A DNA stretch of 64,000 nt from Octopus vulgaris (taxonomy: Eukaryota). Under the pieces are notes generated by a model that had not been told where the DNA came from, ran no database searches, and worked only from the letters and a program-made list of their open reading frames with translations. The stretch lies in NCBI GenBank assembly GCA_951406725.2, contig OX597835.1, forward strand, positions 21,266,001-21,330,000, read 5' to 3'. Made by a program: the position numbers and the translations under genes. This document shows, one piece after another, positions 1 through 14,900 of the stretch (its first letter is position 1; each line of letters opens with the position of its first letter).

Positions 1-529
1 GAGGTGGAGAAGAAGAAGAGGGAGGAAGAAGAAGAAGAAGAGGAGAAGAATGTGGTGGGGAGGGGGGAAGAAGTGGATGTGGCGGTGGAGGAGGGGGAGG
101 GAGAAGAAGAAGTGGGGGCGAGGAGGAGGAGGAGGAGGTGGAGAAGAAGAAGAAGGAGGAGGAAGAAGAAGAAGAAGAAGAAGAAGAAGAAGGCAGCTTG
201 TCAACGCTGAGAATGTGCTCCGCCTGCGAAGCGAAATTGGAATCTCTATTCTAAAATATTTTCATATAGTACTCAATCTATATATATATATAACCTAGTG
301 TAATCGTGGAATACATCACGAATTTAGGTCATGACATCTGATAAATAGTGAAATGAAATTGTATTTTAATTAAACTATCTAATTGAAACGCATGTTCCTG
401 ATGTTCAAATCTATCCGTACGTTTTTCTTTTTTATTTATGTGCTTCTGTTTGTGTGTGCATGAGTATGCGCAGGCATACGTATGTATATACATATGTGTG
501 TGTTAGTGTGTGTGTATATATATGTGTCT

Positions 530-914
530 GTGGAGGCGCAATGGCCCAGTGGTTAGGGCAGCGGACTCGCGGTCGTAGGATCGCGGTTTCGATTCCTAGA
601 CCGGGCGTTGTGAGTGTTTATTGAGCGAAAACACCTAAAGCTCCACGAGGCTCCGGCAGGGGATGGTGGTGATCCCTGCTGTACTCTTTCGCCACAACTT
701 TCTCTCACTCTTACTTCCTGTTTCTGTTGTACCTGTATTTCAAAGGGCCGGCTTTGTCATTCTCTGTGTCACGCTCTGAATATCCCCGAGAACTACGTTA
801 AGGGTGCACGTGTCTGTGGAGTGCTCAGCCACTTACACGTTAATTTCACGAGCAGGCTGTTCTGTTGATCGGATCAACCGGAACCCTCGTCGTCGTAACC
901 GACGGAGTGCTTCC
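530..914 (+). mobile_element. tRNA-derived SINE family A, full length
   Basis: A box TGGCCCAGTGG, B-box-like GTTTCGATTCC, TSD ATATATGTGTC (518-528/915-925). Near-identical copies elsewhere in the window. Confidence 0.92.
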
Positions 915-1713
915 ATATATGTGTCACGCGTATTCGTCACTGTTTACGTCTGTATCTTTCGCTATACGTACACACCTCTTTGAATTTGTATACGCGATCG
1001 CTACCTCAGTTACATACAGACGGGATTGGCAGAGTAAAGTTATCATAATATCTCTTCCTTCCTTCCTTCCTTCCTTCCTTCAATCTCTTTGATTCTAAAA
1101 GTCTATCTATCTTATTTTCCTTTTATTTTATTTTAGACGTTTAAGATTTACTTTCGTTTCAATTGTGGGCTGAAGTAGTATTTGGTGAGCAGAATAAACT
1201 TGTGTATATATGTGCGTGTCTAGTTTAAGTGTTTAAGATCACACGTACATCGATTACTTGAGAACGCTGTTTCTGGATTAGTTGAATACAAAGATCAACA
1301 TTTCCTTCGTCAGCTCAAGTTTCTTTAGATACATATATATATATATGTATGTATGTATATATGTATGTATGTATTTCTTGTACATTATATGTGTTTGAAC
1401 CAATGTATACCATGTTGGCGTCGCAATGACAAATATTACATTTTATGCCATGATCAGGGAACTTTAATACATGGAGGCTCGGAATATTATAAATAGAAAC
1501 CAATGTAAATATCCATATGTGTGCGTATGCTTCTCCATTTGTATATGTCGCCTGTGTCTGTATATTTGTACACGCACACTCACTTTTATGAATATGCGTA
1601 TGTCTATCTATCTGGTCTCTGTGACCAATGTGGTGTATATATGCTTGCGTCTATCTCTTATATATCTTCGAGTTCCTCTCACTGCGAACACCTCATTTTA
1701 GATTGTCCGTCTC

Positions 1714-2160
1714 GGGATCTTTTCGGTTTGAACGGCAGTTTTTTCTAGCGGTGTCATATAAAATTGTCACCCATAATTATGACCCTAGAATCGATCTATT
1801 GCATTTCAATCTATTTTAGGGTTAGGGTTAGTTAGTGTTAGTTAGGGCTAGGATTAGGGTTAGGGGTGGGGGAAGGGTATATTTTTTCTTCACAAATGTA
1901 AATAAACCCAATCCGTTTCTTAAACGAGGGACATATTAATACGGCACAGAATGCTTTTTAACTCAATAGACGTCAGTGATTGGTTGAAATTGCAGAAATT
2001 GAAGAAAAAACAACAAATATCTTTCAAACTATAGAATTTTCTCAATAAAGCCAAGAGAAAAAGATGTTTTATAAACACATTCTACCAGTATACAAAGTTT
2101 TAAATTTTTTAGTTACCCAGAAATTATATTAGAAACTGCCGTTCAAACCGAAAAGATCCC
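1714..2160. mobile_element. MITE with 28-bp perfect TIRs and an internal TTAGGG-like tract
   Basis: GGGATCTTTTCGGTTTGAACGGCAGTTT ... AAACTGCCGTTCAAACCGAAAAGATCCC. Flanks CGTCTC/AGTCTC. Confidence 0.88.
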
Positions 2161-3479
2161 AGTCTCGTCTTCAATCAATGGCGAGAGTTTAATTTTCCCA
2201 TGCTGACACTCAGTAAATCGACTAGGCTGTGGTACTCTGCTTACCAAACAAACCGTTGAACTCTTATGAGTACATTGCTTACAGGATAGCTTCTCTTTTG
2301 GAGTACTCTGCTTTCAGTAGTATTTCACATCTGTGGTACATTAATTACAACATCACTGCACCCCTGAGGGTACTCCACAACATTTCTTTTGTGTTGTACT
2401 CCAGACTTGGGTTTCTTTACCTGTGGTAGATAGGGGTACCCGTGATCTGTTACACACCCATTCTACTATATTTAAACTTAACAATACCCTATCTGGAATG
2501 AAGTGAAAGTGATTTTTGTCAAAAGCTTGAGTTCAAGAGTACAAATCTCGAAACATATTCTGACTTAGAGTAGCAATTTGAATGAAACTTGCAAATAGAT
2601 GTTAAAATACAATATCAGATATTTTGACTTTACATATATTAAATTCTACATTATACAAAATATAAGGATTATATAATACACCTGCATATACATTTAAAGC
2701 CTATAGTTTCAATGCAGGTGTGTATATGTGCGTATGTTTCTCTTATTTCCTTTTTAATTTTTAATTAACGATCGTTATCCGGAGACTAAATATAATGACT
2801 ATTCAAATGACATTAATTCCTTGAAGGGAATTTTGAAAGAATCCTCATAAATTCTCTTTACCAATAATTACCCCGGAAATTTCATTTTTCTCTTATGTTC
2901 TCTCACTTTTAATAATGGTTAAACAAAAGCTTCCTCTCTCTAAATAATTATATTTTCGTAATATTTATCAGAATAATTTTTGTGCAGATTACAGCAATGA
3001 AACGAAATTGGTTAACATATTACTAAGTTAATGTTTAAACTTGCTGTCTAGAAAGTGTTCAATATGCAAAACATTTTATCCAAGTCATTTAACCACGAAT
3101 ATAAATAGGTTTCTAAGTAATTTGTTCGTAAGTAATCTAATCGCAGTTGCTAATGAAATTCCACAGTTCAAATCATTATGTTTGCAAGCATATTGAGCAC
3201 ATTGTGAGTATAACTGTATTATTTCTATCAGTAAAATAGAGTGTTGTAACAGAGGGCTGTAACATAGTGTTGTAACAGAGTACTGTAACATAAAGAGCGG
3301 TAATATAAAGAGCAATAACGTAGAGTGCTGGTTAAAACATTTATAGCTATGCTGTATAGTGCACTACAGCAATCTACCAAATGTATCCTAGTTGGGGGTG
3401 TTATAATTAGTGACAGATTGTATATCTTTAAAGAAAGAAAACAGGACTCGTAATGTGGTTCGTATAGCGACCCCAGTTA

Positions 3480-4001
3480 CCGTGAATCTTCGAGTATAGT
3501 CCGCCCTTGAGTATAATACGCAGGAGATTTTTAGGGGACTGTACCTCTGAAAAACCTAAACATTGTGTATAATACGCACTCCTTCTATAACATAATTCGT
3601 GCGTAATTAAGCCAGCAGCACCTAGTCGAACAAAAACTTCCGTGCATGCCAAATACAATAATGGTGATGTTCTTAACTGTTATATGGGAATGTAAAAATG
3701 TTTGCAAATTGTTTTTGTTACATCTTATTCTGTGTTCTGAATACTTTTGTTTTAATAAATGTTACTTACTGCAAGTTATGGATGATTCTTTTATGACTTC
3801 ATTGCTTTCAGGTTTATCTTAATGTAGTTTCGCGCCCGACATCACAAAATGCGTCTGAATAAACATTGCCGAACAGCAAATAGAGACTCAGACATTGCTT
3901 AGAAAATATTTTAAATTTTTAACCTCGTATATAGTACGCACTAGGGATTTTGTTCTTTAAATTTTGGGGAAAAAATGCGGATTATACACGAGGATTTACG
4001 G
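3480..4001. mobile_element. Tc1/mariner(pogo)-type MITE
   Basis: TA|CCGTGAATCTTCGAGTATAGTCCGC ... GCGGATTATACACGAGGATTTACGG|TA: imperfect 25-bp TIR with TA TSD. Confidence 0.8.
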
Positions 4002-4855
4002 TACTCAAAAGCACTTAGTCAAACTTGAGGCCATGGCATAAGAGTTTATGGAATCAAACAAACAAGTGATTTGTTGGAAAACCGTTTGTTAAATCACACT
4101 GCCAAAATTGAATGATTTGAAACGGAATTATATTTTTCGGTATTTCTGTAAAATATGTACCCTTTTACCAAAAGTTAGTGAAATATTTAAAATGTTTACA
4201 GTTGGATAGATAGACAAATATAACAAAATAATTTGATAAAAAATGTGAATTTTTAATTATTTTCTGAGATTTTACAAAAACAACAAAAAGTGATTTGTTG
4301 GAAAACCGTTTGTTAAATCACATTGCCAAAATTGAATGATTTGAAACGGAATTATATTTTTCGGTATTTCTATATGTATTTATGTATTTTGAATATATTC
4401 TATTAGATTTCAGCAAAAACTGTCTCTCGACCAGAATAAACATACCATTTATTAATTTTCCTTTCTTACATCTCTTTTTACAGGCGTAGTTGATATAGAT
4501 AAATTTACAGGCGTAACCGATATAGATAAATATCCATAAAAAATTAGGGTACAAAAAGTATAGGGTACGCACGATTTTTTGGTACGCACGCTTAATGTAG
4601 CGAATATAAGGAAAAATAGCCCTTACTTTTGCAAAATCACGAAGAAATGTACTCATCTCAGTATTATTTGCTATTAATTTGATTCATCTGAATGAAAAAA
4701 TAATATTTTAGGGATTTAGATAGCAAATAATATTTAGAAGCTAGATTGGTGTAACCATGCCTTATCGTTATCCTTCAAAAACATAAAAACAAACGGACAG
4801 AAATTTCGTTACAACCTGATATATGTGTATATATATATATATATATTCATTATCA

Positions 4856-5005
4856 TCATCATTTAACGTCTGTTGTCCATGCTGGCATGGGCTGGACGGT
4901 TTGAGCAGGGTTAATAAGCTGGAAGGCTGCGCCAGACTCCAGTCTGATTTGGCATGTTTTCCACGACTGGATGCCCTTCTTAACGCTAATCATTCGGAAA
5001 GTGGC
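4856..5005 (-). mobile_element. 3' fragment of a fourth SINE-like repeat
   Basis: GC-rich island with an AAGGGCATCCAG motif on the minus strand and a short (GAT)n tail, between TA repeats. Single copy here. Confidence 0.5.
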
Positions 5006-5009
5006 ACGG

Positions 5010-5177
<168 letters not shown>

Positions 5178-5380
5178 TTCTTGTACGTTATATGTGTTTG
5201 AACCAATGCATACCATGTTGGCATCGCAATGACAAATTATTACAGTTTATGCCGACAATATATTTTATGTCATGATCAGGGAACTTTAATACATGGAGGC
5301 TTGGAATATTATAAATAGAAACCAATGTAAACATGTTAAGTGCCTCTGCTGCAATAGGATTGAAAACCATTATGCTGAGG

Positions 5381-5398
5381 ATGACGATGATGATGATA

Positions 5399-5481
<83 letters not shown>

Positions 5482-5720
5482 GAAGATGGTATAGGTGATG
5501 AGTAGAAAAGAAAGTGGACGACAACGGTGAGGATTATGACAGTGATGATGACGAATACGATGACTAGAATGATGATGATGACGACGATGAAGACGACGAA
5601 GATGATAATGATGATAATGATGACGCGACCATGATAACGATGATGAAGATGATGAAGATGATATTGATAATGACTATGATGGTGATGATGAAGATAATGA
5701 TAATGATGTTGATGTCGATG
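5381..5720. repeat. (GAT)n, pure and degenerate
   Basis: Direct inspection. Confidence 0.95.
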
Positions 5721-5751
5721 CTCAGAATTCATGATAAAGATATATACATAT

Positions 5752-5796
<45 letters not shown>

Positions 5797-6349
5797 TAAA
5801 CAGAAACACACATATATGTACATACACACACATACACATATATACAGATATATTTACATATATGCACATGCACTAAGGTGATGCCGACGATGGCTATACG
5901 AAGGTGCTAATGACAGTGGTAAGACAGAAACGTCAAGTTTTAAAACTAGCAGGAGAGAATGGTTGATATTTACTTCCATGGAAAACACACAAATACACAC
6001 AACTGTAAACAAGCCTCTTCCAATGAAAAGAAGCAAACAGAAAAAAAAAAAAAAAAAACATCCCCAAAAATCAAAACGAGGCCAACAGCATGAACGTCGA
6101 TTACAACAGCAAGCGTCTTCTTTGAAACTGTCAAATGTTTCGCAACTCCAAGTGAGATCCCTATTGGATAAATTTCCATTTCTATCCATATTGTGTAGAT
6201 ATGTGCGTTCGGAAGTGTCCATGTCGAAATATATACCTATATCGCCTGATGTATGAGTGCATATGCATCTAACGATATTCATACGTAGGTACAAAATATA
6301 CGTATCGGTATATATGTATGTGGATATATATATATATTACACATAAATA

Positions 6350-6423
<74 letters not shown>

Positions 6424-6495
6424 TACATATATATATGTATATATGTATCTATATATATATTTACACAGACACACTCACACACACACACACACACT

Positions 6496-6532
<37 letters not shown>

Positions 6533-6789
6533 GTAAATACATATCTATATATACTACACACATATAAGTATCTATATATTACACATACCTATGTGAATAT
6601 ATATACATACATGCATATATATATATATATATATATATACCTATATTCACACACATACATATATATATATATATATCCCTCTATCTTTCTACAATCTAGA
6701 TAGATGGACAGATACATAAAATATATGTGTATAGATAATATACATATGATATTATAAACCAATATATGTAATATCAACTACACTAATAC

Positions 6790-6847
<58 letters not shown>

Positions 6848-7128
6848 GCATATATTAGTACGTTTGTATATATTTTTTAAATACATATGCATAACTGTAG
6901 AGACGTGTCCTCGCAAAATCTGTTTGTATTTAAGCAAATATGTATCTATGAATTTATGTACGTATACATGCATATATGTATCCATGTATGTATGTATGTC
7001 AATGTCAATAGATATTCGTGTATGTGTTTCTATACATATTCGTGGAAAGACAGATAGCTAGTAAGATAGATTAGATTATGATACATAATTTGATATAAAC
7101 ACATAAAAATATATATGTATATTAGTAT

Positions 7129-7189
<61 letters not shown>

Positions 7190-7840
7190 TATACATATTT
7201 ATATATATATACCTATTACATTCATATATTCATGTACATATACTATGTAAATATATATATAGGGATATATATGTGTGTATATACATGATATTTATGCATA
7301 TATATATTTATATTTGTATATGTATGTCTATATGTATGTATAACGTACATACATATAAACTGTCTCTCTAAAGAATATACTCGGACATCGGTTCGGTTTG
7401 GAAGTAAACAAATCTTCGTGGTGAATTTAATATGAAAAAATAAAAATATTTGCTTTCCGGTGTTTTTTATCTTATTATTTTTATTTGTCAGATTTTGATA
7501 TAGAGGAGAACATAAGAATTATTTTCGTGGAAAATGTCTGCTTAATGTTCAAAGAATTCCAACGCTCACGCGAATACATACACACACATAAACACACATA
7601 AACACACATACATATGTACGTACATTCATCTATATACGTGTCTACTTAGATACGTACACATATGTATATAGATATATATATATATATATATACATATATT
7701 TTTATGATATATATTTCTGTGTAAATATATATTTTTATATATATATATACCTATACACGGACTCATAAACACACCCGTACAGACACACACACTCACACGC
7801 GCCATCGCACTCACACACATGCACACACGCATGTTCTTAC

Positions 7841-7857
7841 CTTTTGCCGTTTGCCAT
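7841..7857 (-). CDS. Candidate short first coding exon (MANGK + AG, phase 2)
   Basis: GAAAATGG start context and strong donor AG|GTAAGA in a non-repetitive island. No homology evidence. Confidence 0.3.
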
Positions 7858-8022
7858 TTTCAAATAAAAAGTGTTCAACTTCAACACACCACTCTACTAT
7901 CCTCCAATTTCTTTGCATATTTCTATTTATAATTTTTTTTTTAGTGGGGGGGGATTCTTTATATTCTCATTTATTTTACGCGTGTTTGCCTTGATTTTCA
8001 TCGAATTTCCTCTTTGATATAT

Positions 8023-8227
<205 letters not shown>

Positions 8228-9857
8228 GACATTTATGAGTGCGTTTATATGTATATACGTGTTACCACATATGTGTGTGCGGCATAAAACACACACACAT
8301 ATATACGCAAACATTCACGCGCACTATCACCTTTCTCTCGTTTTCCCTTCATTTATTTACATTGAGAAAAAAGTTTCGAAGGCTACCTGCTGTGCACGAT
8401 CCTGCAAGTTCTGTCAACCATTCGGGTTTTTTTTTCCTAAACGGGCACCCTGGTTGCAAAACCTAGATACATATACACACGTGTGTGTGGGGGGGGGCTT
8501 ACGTGTGGGTGGGGAACTACCGGGATTCGCTATATTTGGGCTTGCTTTCAAAGATGGTGACGGCCTTCAATTTTTCCGGAGATGTTAATCAAATCAGAAT
8601 TGTTATATCCAAGAATTTCAGACATGCTGTATAAAATCACAAATATGCAACGACCTTTTCCTTGAAAATCTGACCGCTTGTAGAATGCTTAAGCAGCCAA
8701 GATGCAAGACGGATACCAGGAATTTGGAACATGTATACCCATATTTTAGTAATTACCCGGCTAAGACTTGGACCAAAGCGCTCAGATTTTTCCTGCCTAG
8801 AACCACGAACTAATTTTTTCGATAAAACGAAAAATGTCTGAAAAGATATTAATGCTCACGCGAAGACAACTCGATTAATTAGGACTGACTGATGTGTCAA
8901 GGATGCAGCAACAAAATTTCAAATGAATACTCAAGTTTCCTATCAAACAGTTTGGCTGAAGTTCCTAGAAGGATGTTTGTGACTTATATAAAAAGGACGT
9001 GCGAATTCTACCTAAACAGAGAGCCGCTGAGCCATTAGGTGGAATCTACGTTCCTGATAGCAACGAGTTTTTCACTTTACTCTCTTTTATTCTTGATCTA
9101 GCTGAAAATATGAGAGGTGAAGTGCAGGACTGTAATGGATCTGTTAGTAGGTATACTCAACCGAGGTTGATCTGGAGCTAAAACAAATTAGCACTAACAA
9201 GATTTTTCTTCCCATAGTAATTCGAATTGCAAGAAAAAGCAACCAAATCTCAATCAAATCGCAATGACAAGTCTTAGAATACGAAGGATATATCGAGCAA
9301 TGTAATTTGCAATACGTAAAACAAAATAAGGTCAGGGGCGGAAGGCATTTGTTTAAAGTATAACTCAGCCAGCGCGGAATTGGGCCACACAATAGTAGTG
9401 ACAGCCACAACAACATCAACAATAACAACAACAACAACAGCAAATGCAACAATAACAAATACTGTAGGTAATGCTGTCACAAGTGTCTCTGCTAATGTGA
9501 CAATGAGTTCAGCTAGAAACAGAACAAGAGAAAGGAAATACATTTCCACATCAAACCTCAGATCAATGCTACATTAATAGAAATAGAGGCCAAATGAGGT
9601 TGGGATGGGAAAATGTAAAGCTATTTATCGACATATTGGAAACAGTACATTTGTACACATGGATACGTATATCAGTAAATTATACACTTGTATCTACATG
9701 TACATATGTATTATTATAGACAGACATAAATATACTGTTATATACACATATGTATATGCACATATTATACATACGCGTATATATGTGTGCATACATAACA
9801 ACACATACCTACATATAGATGTATATTCATGAGTGTGTATATATCGGTATATATCTG

Positions 9858-9898
<41 letters not shown>

Positions 9899-9975
9899 TT
9901 GTATGTATGCATGTATGTATGTATGTATGTATGTATGTATGTATGTATGTATATGTGTGTGTATGTTTATATATC

Positions 9976-10007
<32 letters not shown>

Positions 10008-10186
10008 AGGAGAGAAGCTAAATATATATAAAAGTATATATGTAATGTATATATATATATGTGTGTGTGTGTATCTGTGTGTATATATATATGCTTAAAT
10101 AGCTAGATATATATATACATATATGTGCATATACACATACACGCATATATATAACATACATATATATATATATGTATATATATATG

Positions 10187-10233
<47 letters not shown>

Positions 10234-10363
10234 ATATATGTATGTCTGTATATATGCATACTTACATACATAAAATATATTTATTTATCACATTTTTGTG
10301 TTCATGGGATTTCAGGATACGTGTGTTTGTATGTGTATGCTTATACATGCAAACATGCATATG

Positions 10364-10419
<56 letters not shown>

Positions 10420-10993
10420 CATGTATGTATGTATGTATGCATGTATCTATGTATACATATATATATATATACACACACGCATATGTACACACCTACATTC
10501 ATATATGTAAACGTATTGTGTATATATATATATGTAAATGTAAAGCAGTTTACAGCATTTTAAGCAATGTTATTTTTCTTAATGATTTCTTTCTTTCACG
10601 CTGCACCTTATTCGATCCATTTTTCTCTTTCTCTCTCGTAGCATCTTTCTTTCTCTCCCAGATTCCATCGCTATTTCCCTTGCTACTTTTTCATTCAATG
10701 TATTTATCTCTTTGATTCAGTGAACGTTGGCAGTAGCCTTCAGCGAGGAACCGATTTAAGAGACTACTGCGTTTCCTACAAGACATATCCTATTCGTTCT
10801 CTAATACACTGCACTGACAGTTAATCTATACATCCCGATGTTACTGGAGACTTCGACAGGGCATTACTTACAAATAAATAACTTCTAAGGAAGAAAAAGC
10901 GGATGTAGTCTCTCGTCTGATCGGATGCTGTGGGCAGACATTTTGAGAATGACTTTGTTGTGGGTGTGTGTAATACGTATGTCTGTGCGCGCG

Positions 10994-11092
<99 letters not shown>

Positions 11093-11193
11093 GTGTGTGT
11101 GAGAGAGAGAGAGAGAGCGCGCACACAGACATACGTATTACACACACACATATATATATATATATGTATATATATGTATACATACAAACACCT

Positions 11194-11231
<38 letters not shown>

Positions 11232-11363
11232 TCATACACACACAGATGCGCGCACGCACACACACATAGACATACACACACACAAACACACACACACACA
11301 CACATCCATTAATAGACACAGATAGATAGATACATATAGATAGATACATATAGATAGATACAT

Positions 11364-11444
<81 letters not shown>

Positions 11445-11599
11445 CAGATCAGTGAGTGCATATCCACTTATGGTTAAGCCCATATTGTGTCGATATAAGC
11501 AATGTGTCCGTTCTTTAATATACCTATCTTCCCTTAATTCACGGGTATATATAAATCAGCATACACATGCACTCACACATATTCACACACATCCATATG

Positions 11600-11636
<37 letters not shown>

Positions 11637-11839
11637 ATGTGTGTGTATATATATATACATACACATATGTATGTATGTATCTAGGTTTGTATGAATGGAT
11701 ATGTTTTTTCTTAAGTCTAGCTACCAATGTAAATACGTCATTGCCTCTGGTGGCGTTGCTACACTAAGTATAATAATTAAATATTTGGACACTGGTATCT
11801 TGATTTTCTGTAGGCATGTGTTACTTTTTGCAATATAAA

Positions 11840-11898
<59 letters not shown>

Positions 11899-11904
11899 CA
11901 AAAA

Positions 11905-11942
11905 CTGTCTGATGAACGGCAACGAGAAACTCAGAGTAACAG
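11905..11942 (+). ncRNA. Minimal hammerhead ribozyme, slightly degenerate
   Basis: CTGT CTGATGA acg-gcaa-cga GAAAC tcaga GTA ACAG. The first stem II pair is mismatched. Lies in a ~150-bp island (11897-12047) between (TA)n tracts. Confidence 0.65.
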
Positions 11943-12044
11943 ATTTTGTTGAATTTTCTGCTGCTTAAAATAAAGCATATTACTCTACCACTGGTATTTG
12001 AGTACTTTTTTTTCCACCTTGTTTCACATTTATGTGTTTACTCC

Positions 12045-12099
<55 letters not shown>

Positions 12100-12155
12100 C
12101 GGAGATGTATACGCATAGCAAGTGATTTGATTTGAGATCGTGTGCTGAAACGAAA

Positions 12156-12437
12156 ACAATTGCAGCGTGGAAGGTGTTTATAAGCCATTTAAGAAACACA
12201 CAAAAGCCGTTCGATTCACTTCAACATTTAAGTTTAATTTATCAAAATATTTTCGTCGCTTTAAGACCGCGACCTGTTCACTGACCAAAATCCAAGATGC
12301 AGCACGGATTTTTGTCAGTGAACAGATCGCGGATGTTAGCGACGAAAATATTTTCACAAATTAAACTTAAATGTTGAAGTAAATCGAACGGTTTTTGTGT
12401 GTTTCTTAAATGGCTTACAAACACCTTCCACGCTGCA

Positions 12438-12442
<5 letters not shown>
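12156..12442. repeat. ~135-bp-arm imperfect palindrome, probably a Penelope-derived inverted pLTR, between (TA)n tracts
   Basis: ACAATTGCAGCGTGGAAGGTGTTT... pairs with ...AAACACCTTCCACGCTGCAATTGT. Short loop near 12293-12305. Confidence 0.85.
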
Positions 12443-12490
<48 letters not shown>

Positions 12491-12544
12491 TCTTTTATTC
12501 TTTTATTCTTTTATTTGTTTCATTCGTTTGACTGCTGCCAAACC

Positions 12545-12672
12545 GCTAATTTTATGGGGTCTCTCTTCAAGTAGAGCCGGTTGATATCAGCTTTCAGACG
12601 GTGTACCCCATGCGTTTTCAAGAACTTTCTAGTTTTTCTGTGAAGTCTCTTTACGTGGTTTTTAGTCCATTA
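12545..12672 (-). mobile_element. Short internal R4/Dong fragment
   Basis: Minus translation KTRKFLKTHGVHRLKADINRLYLKR resembles the post-RT motif also seen at ~57430-57510. Confidence 0.55.
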
Positions 12673-12682
12673 ATATTATTAT

Positions 12683-12766
<84 letters not shown>

Positions 12767-12892
12767 CAGCAGCAGCAACAGCGGTAGTAGATGCAGGAGT
12801 AATAGTAGTAGTAGTAGTAGTAGTAGCAACAGCGGCAGCAGCGGCAGCAGCAGCAGCAGCAGCAGTAGTGGTAATAGTAGTAGTATTACTAG

Positions 12893-13578
12893 TATTTTGT
12901 GTTTGACTTTTGCTTTGTATTTGTACAAGCTGGCTCCAAGTCTCACCCAGAGACCTCAAGAGACAACAAGTTGGAAGTTCATGTTGGTGTTATGCCTAGG
13001 GTGCCATATATTTGGTTTTGTACATTGTGTTGTTCTAGAGAATGTTTAAGAAACCATAAGAAAATTGTTTGTTTTAAAACTTGAGATTACATCGAAAGTA
13101 TTTTGCGTAGGATATGAGCAGTTCCCATGAGCACTATCTTTTGAATTTCTGCCATTTTGGGGTTTCCTGGTATCTGAGCTAGGCAGCAATCAGCATCTTT
13201 TGCTATCATTCCCAGGGCACCTATGACAACAGGTATTGTTTTAATCTTCAAGTTCCACATTTTGTCAATTTCTATTTCATGATCTTTACATTTGCTCAGG
13301 TTTGGTAGGTCTTGATAAATACGTTTATATCGTTTGGGACAGTCATATCAATGAGGAGGCATGATTTTTGTCTGAAGTCTTTCAAAATGATGTCTGGCCT
13401 ATTCGCATCTATCTTTCTGTCATTTTGAATGGTGAAGTTCCAGAGGAGTGAGATGTGATCATTTTCAAAGCACTGGAGGTGGTTTGTGTTCCCACCAGAT
13501 TTTATCATGGGGCAAGTCCAGGCTTTTGCGAATTACCCAGTGAATATATTGTGCAGCTCTGTCATGCCTGTTGAGGTA

Positions 13579-13581
<3 letters not shown>
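12893..13581 (-). mobile_element. R4/Dong-clade non-LTR retrotransposon 3' fragment (restriction-like endonuclease + 3'UTR), frameshifted
   Basis: YLNRHDRAAQYIHW...WWEHKP...LLWNFTIQNDRKIDANRPDIILKD...CLLIDMTVP...MWNLKIKTIPVVIGALG...IQKIVLMGTAHILRKIL*. RHD and RPD..D motifs. The 5' end abuts (AAT)n. Confidence 0.88.
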
Positions 13582-13621
<40 letters not shown>

Positions 13622-14068
13622 GTTGTTGTTGTTGTTGTTATTATTATTATTATTATTATCATTATTTATTATCATCATCATCGTCATGATGACGATTATG
13701 ATAATGGTCATCATCATCATCATTACTATCGTTATTGTACGCCAGAAGAAAATAACTACACCAGTCTCTATGCTTTTGTTACTAAGGAATGATATTTGTA
13801 GTGTTCCCATATGGTTGTCTGCATAATGGTAATTCTATTTCCTATTCATTTCGACTGCTATTTTATGGTGTTTTTTTCATATTTCTCTCTACCAGTTCCT
13901 CAAAGTCTATTCTATGGTCGTTCCTTGAGATACAACTTCAGTGGCTTCCTTTGTGGAAAATACAGAATTTTATTCTTTTGTCTTTCAGATCCAAAGACAT
14001 TCCGTTTTCATTACGAGTAGCAGTTCCATATGGCACATTGATATTCATTCTCTACTTCTTATTCCCCA

Positions 14069-14138
<70 letters not shown>

Positions 14139-14142
14139 TTAG

Positions 14143-14173
<31 letters not shown>

Positions 14174-14449
14174 AAAAAAGAAAGAAAGAAAGAAAGAATA
14201 GAATTTAAAAATCCTGGCAGACAACAATAAAGCACTCAGTATTAAAATAACTTGGCTATAAATGTTCAACAATCAGATACCAGTAGATGTAAGTAAAATA
14301 CATATTCCAGGTAAATTCCTATGCAACACAGGTAAATCCAAATGTCTTTTACCGGAATTTCGAGAAATTCAGAGTATTCAACTGCAAACACTACTTACAG
14401 AAAAAATATTTTTATTATAGATTTCACTTTATAAAGCCACTACACATTC

Positions 14450-14900
14450 TTTATTTTCTATCCTTGTTTCTTTCTGTGTTCCTTTCTGTGGAAGAGCGCA
14501 GGCTCGAAATGTTAAAGCCTTTTTCGCTTCCCAAGCGTTATACTAGTATATCTGTTTGTTGTCTACACCACCTGTCTTCGTCTTGTTTCTTTTTTGTGAA
14601 TTCTCCCTATATATATATATATATATATATATAAATATATATATTTATATATCTGAAATCAGATCGCCATGTTGATTCGCTAGCCTCTGCACGCATTTTT
14701 TTCTCTCCTTCTTTCTGTGTTTCTTCTCTGCGTATCTTTCTGGTGAAGAGCGTAGGCTCGAAACGTAAAAGACTTGTTTTATTTATATTCCTGAGCGCCA
14801 TACTAATACAATTGTTTGTTTGTATTCCACCTGCCTTCGTCTTTTGTTTATTTCCGTAAACCTGCCTTCGTCTTTTGTTTATTTTCATAAAGCTTCCCGT
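14450..14900 (+). mobile_element. Two tandem Penelope pLTR-like fragments with mutated hammerhead cores
   Basis: CTGTGGA-agagcgcaggctc-GAAATGT (~14486) and CTGGTGA-agagcgtaggctc-GAAACGTA (14740-14767), each followed by similar TGTTTG...CACCTG(T/C)CTTCGTC sequence. Homologous to 28645-28822. Confidence 0.65.

Noticed and set aside
530-610. tRNA genes
   Set aside because: The A/B boxes belong to SINE heads that continue into SINE bodies. No complete cloverleaf was found.
1816-1870. True telomere or fusion site
   Set aside because: Short, degenerate, and enclosed by MITE TIRs.
8600-9580. Decayed LINE ORF1 relic (also 20140-20380, minus strand)
   Set aside because: Protein-like patches, but many stops and no motif I can verify without a search.
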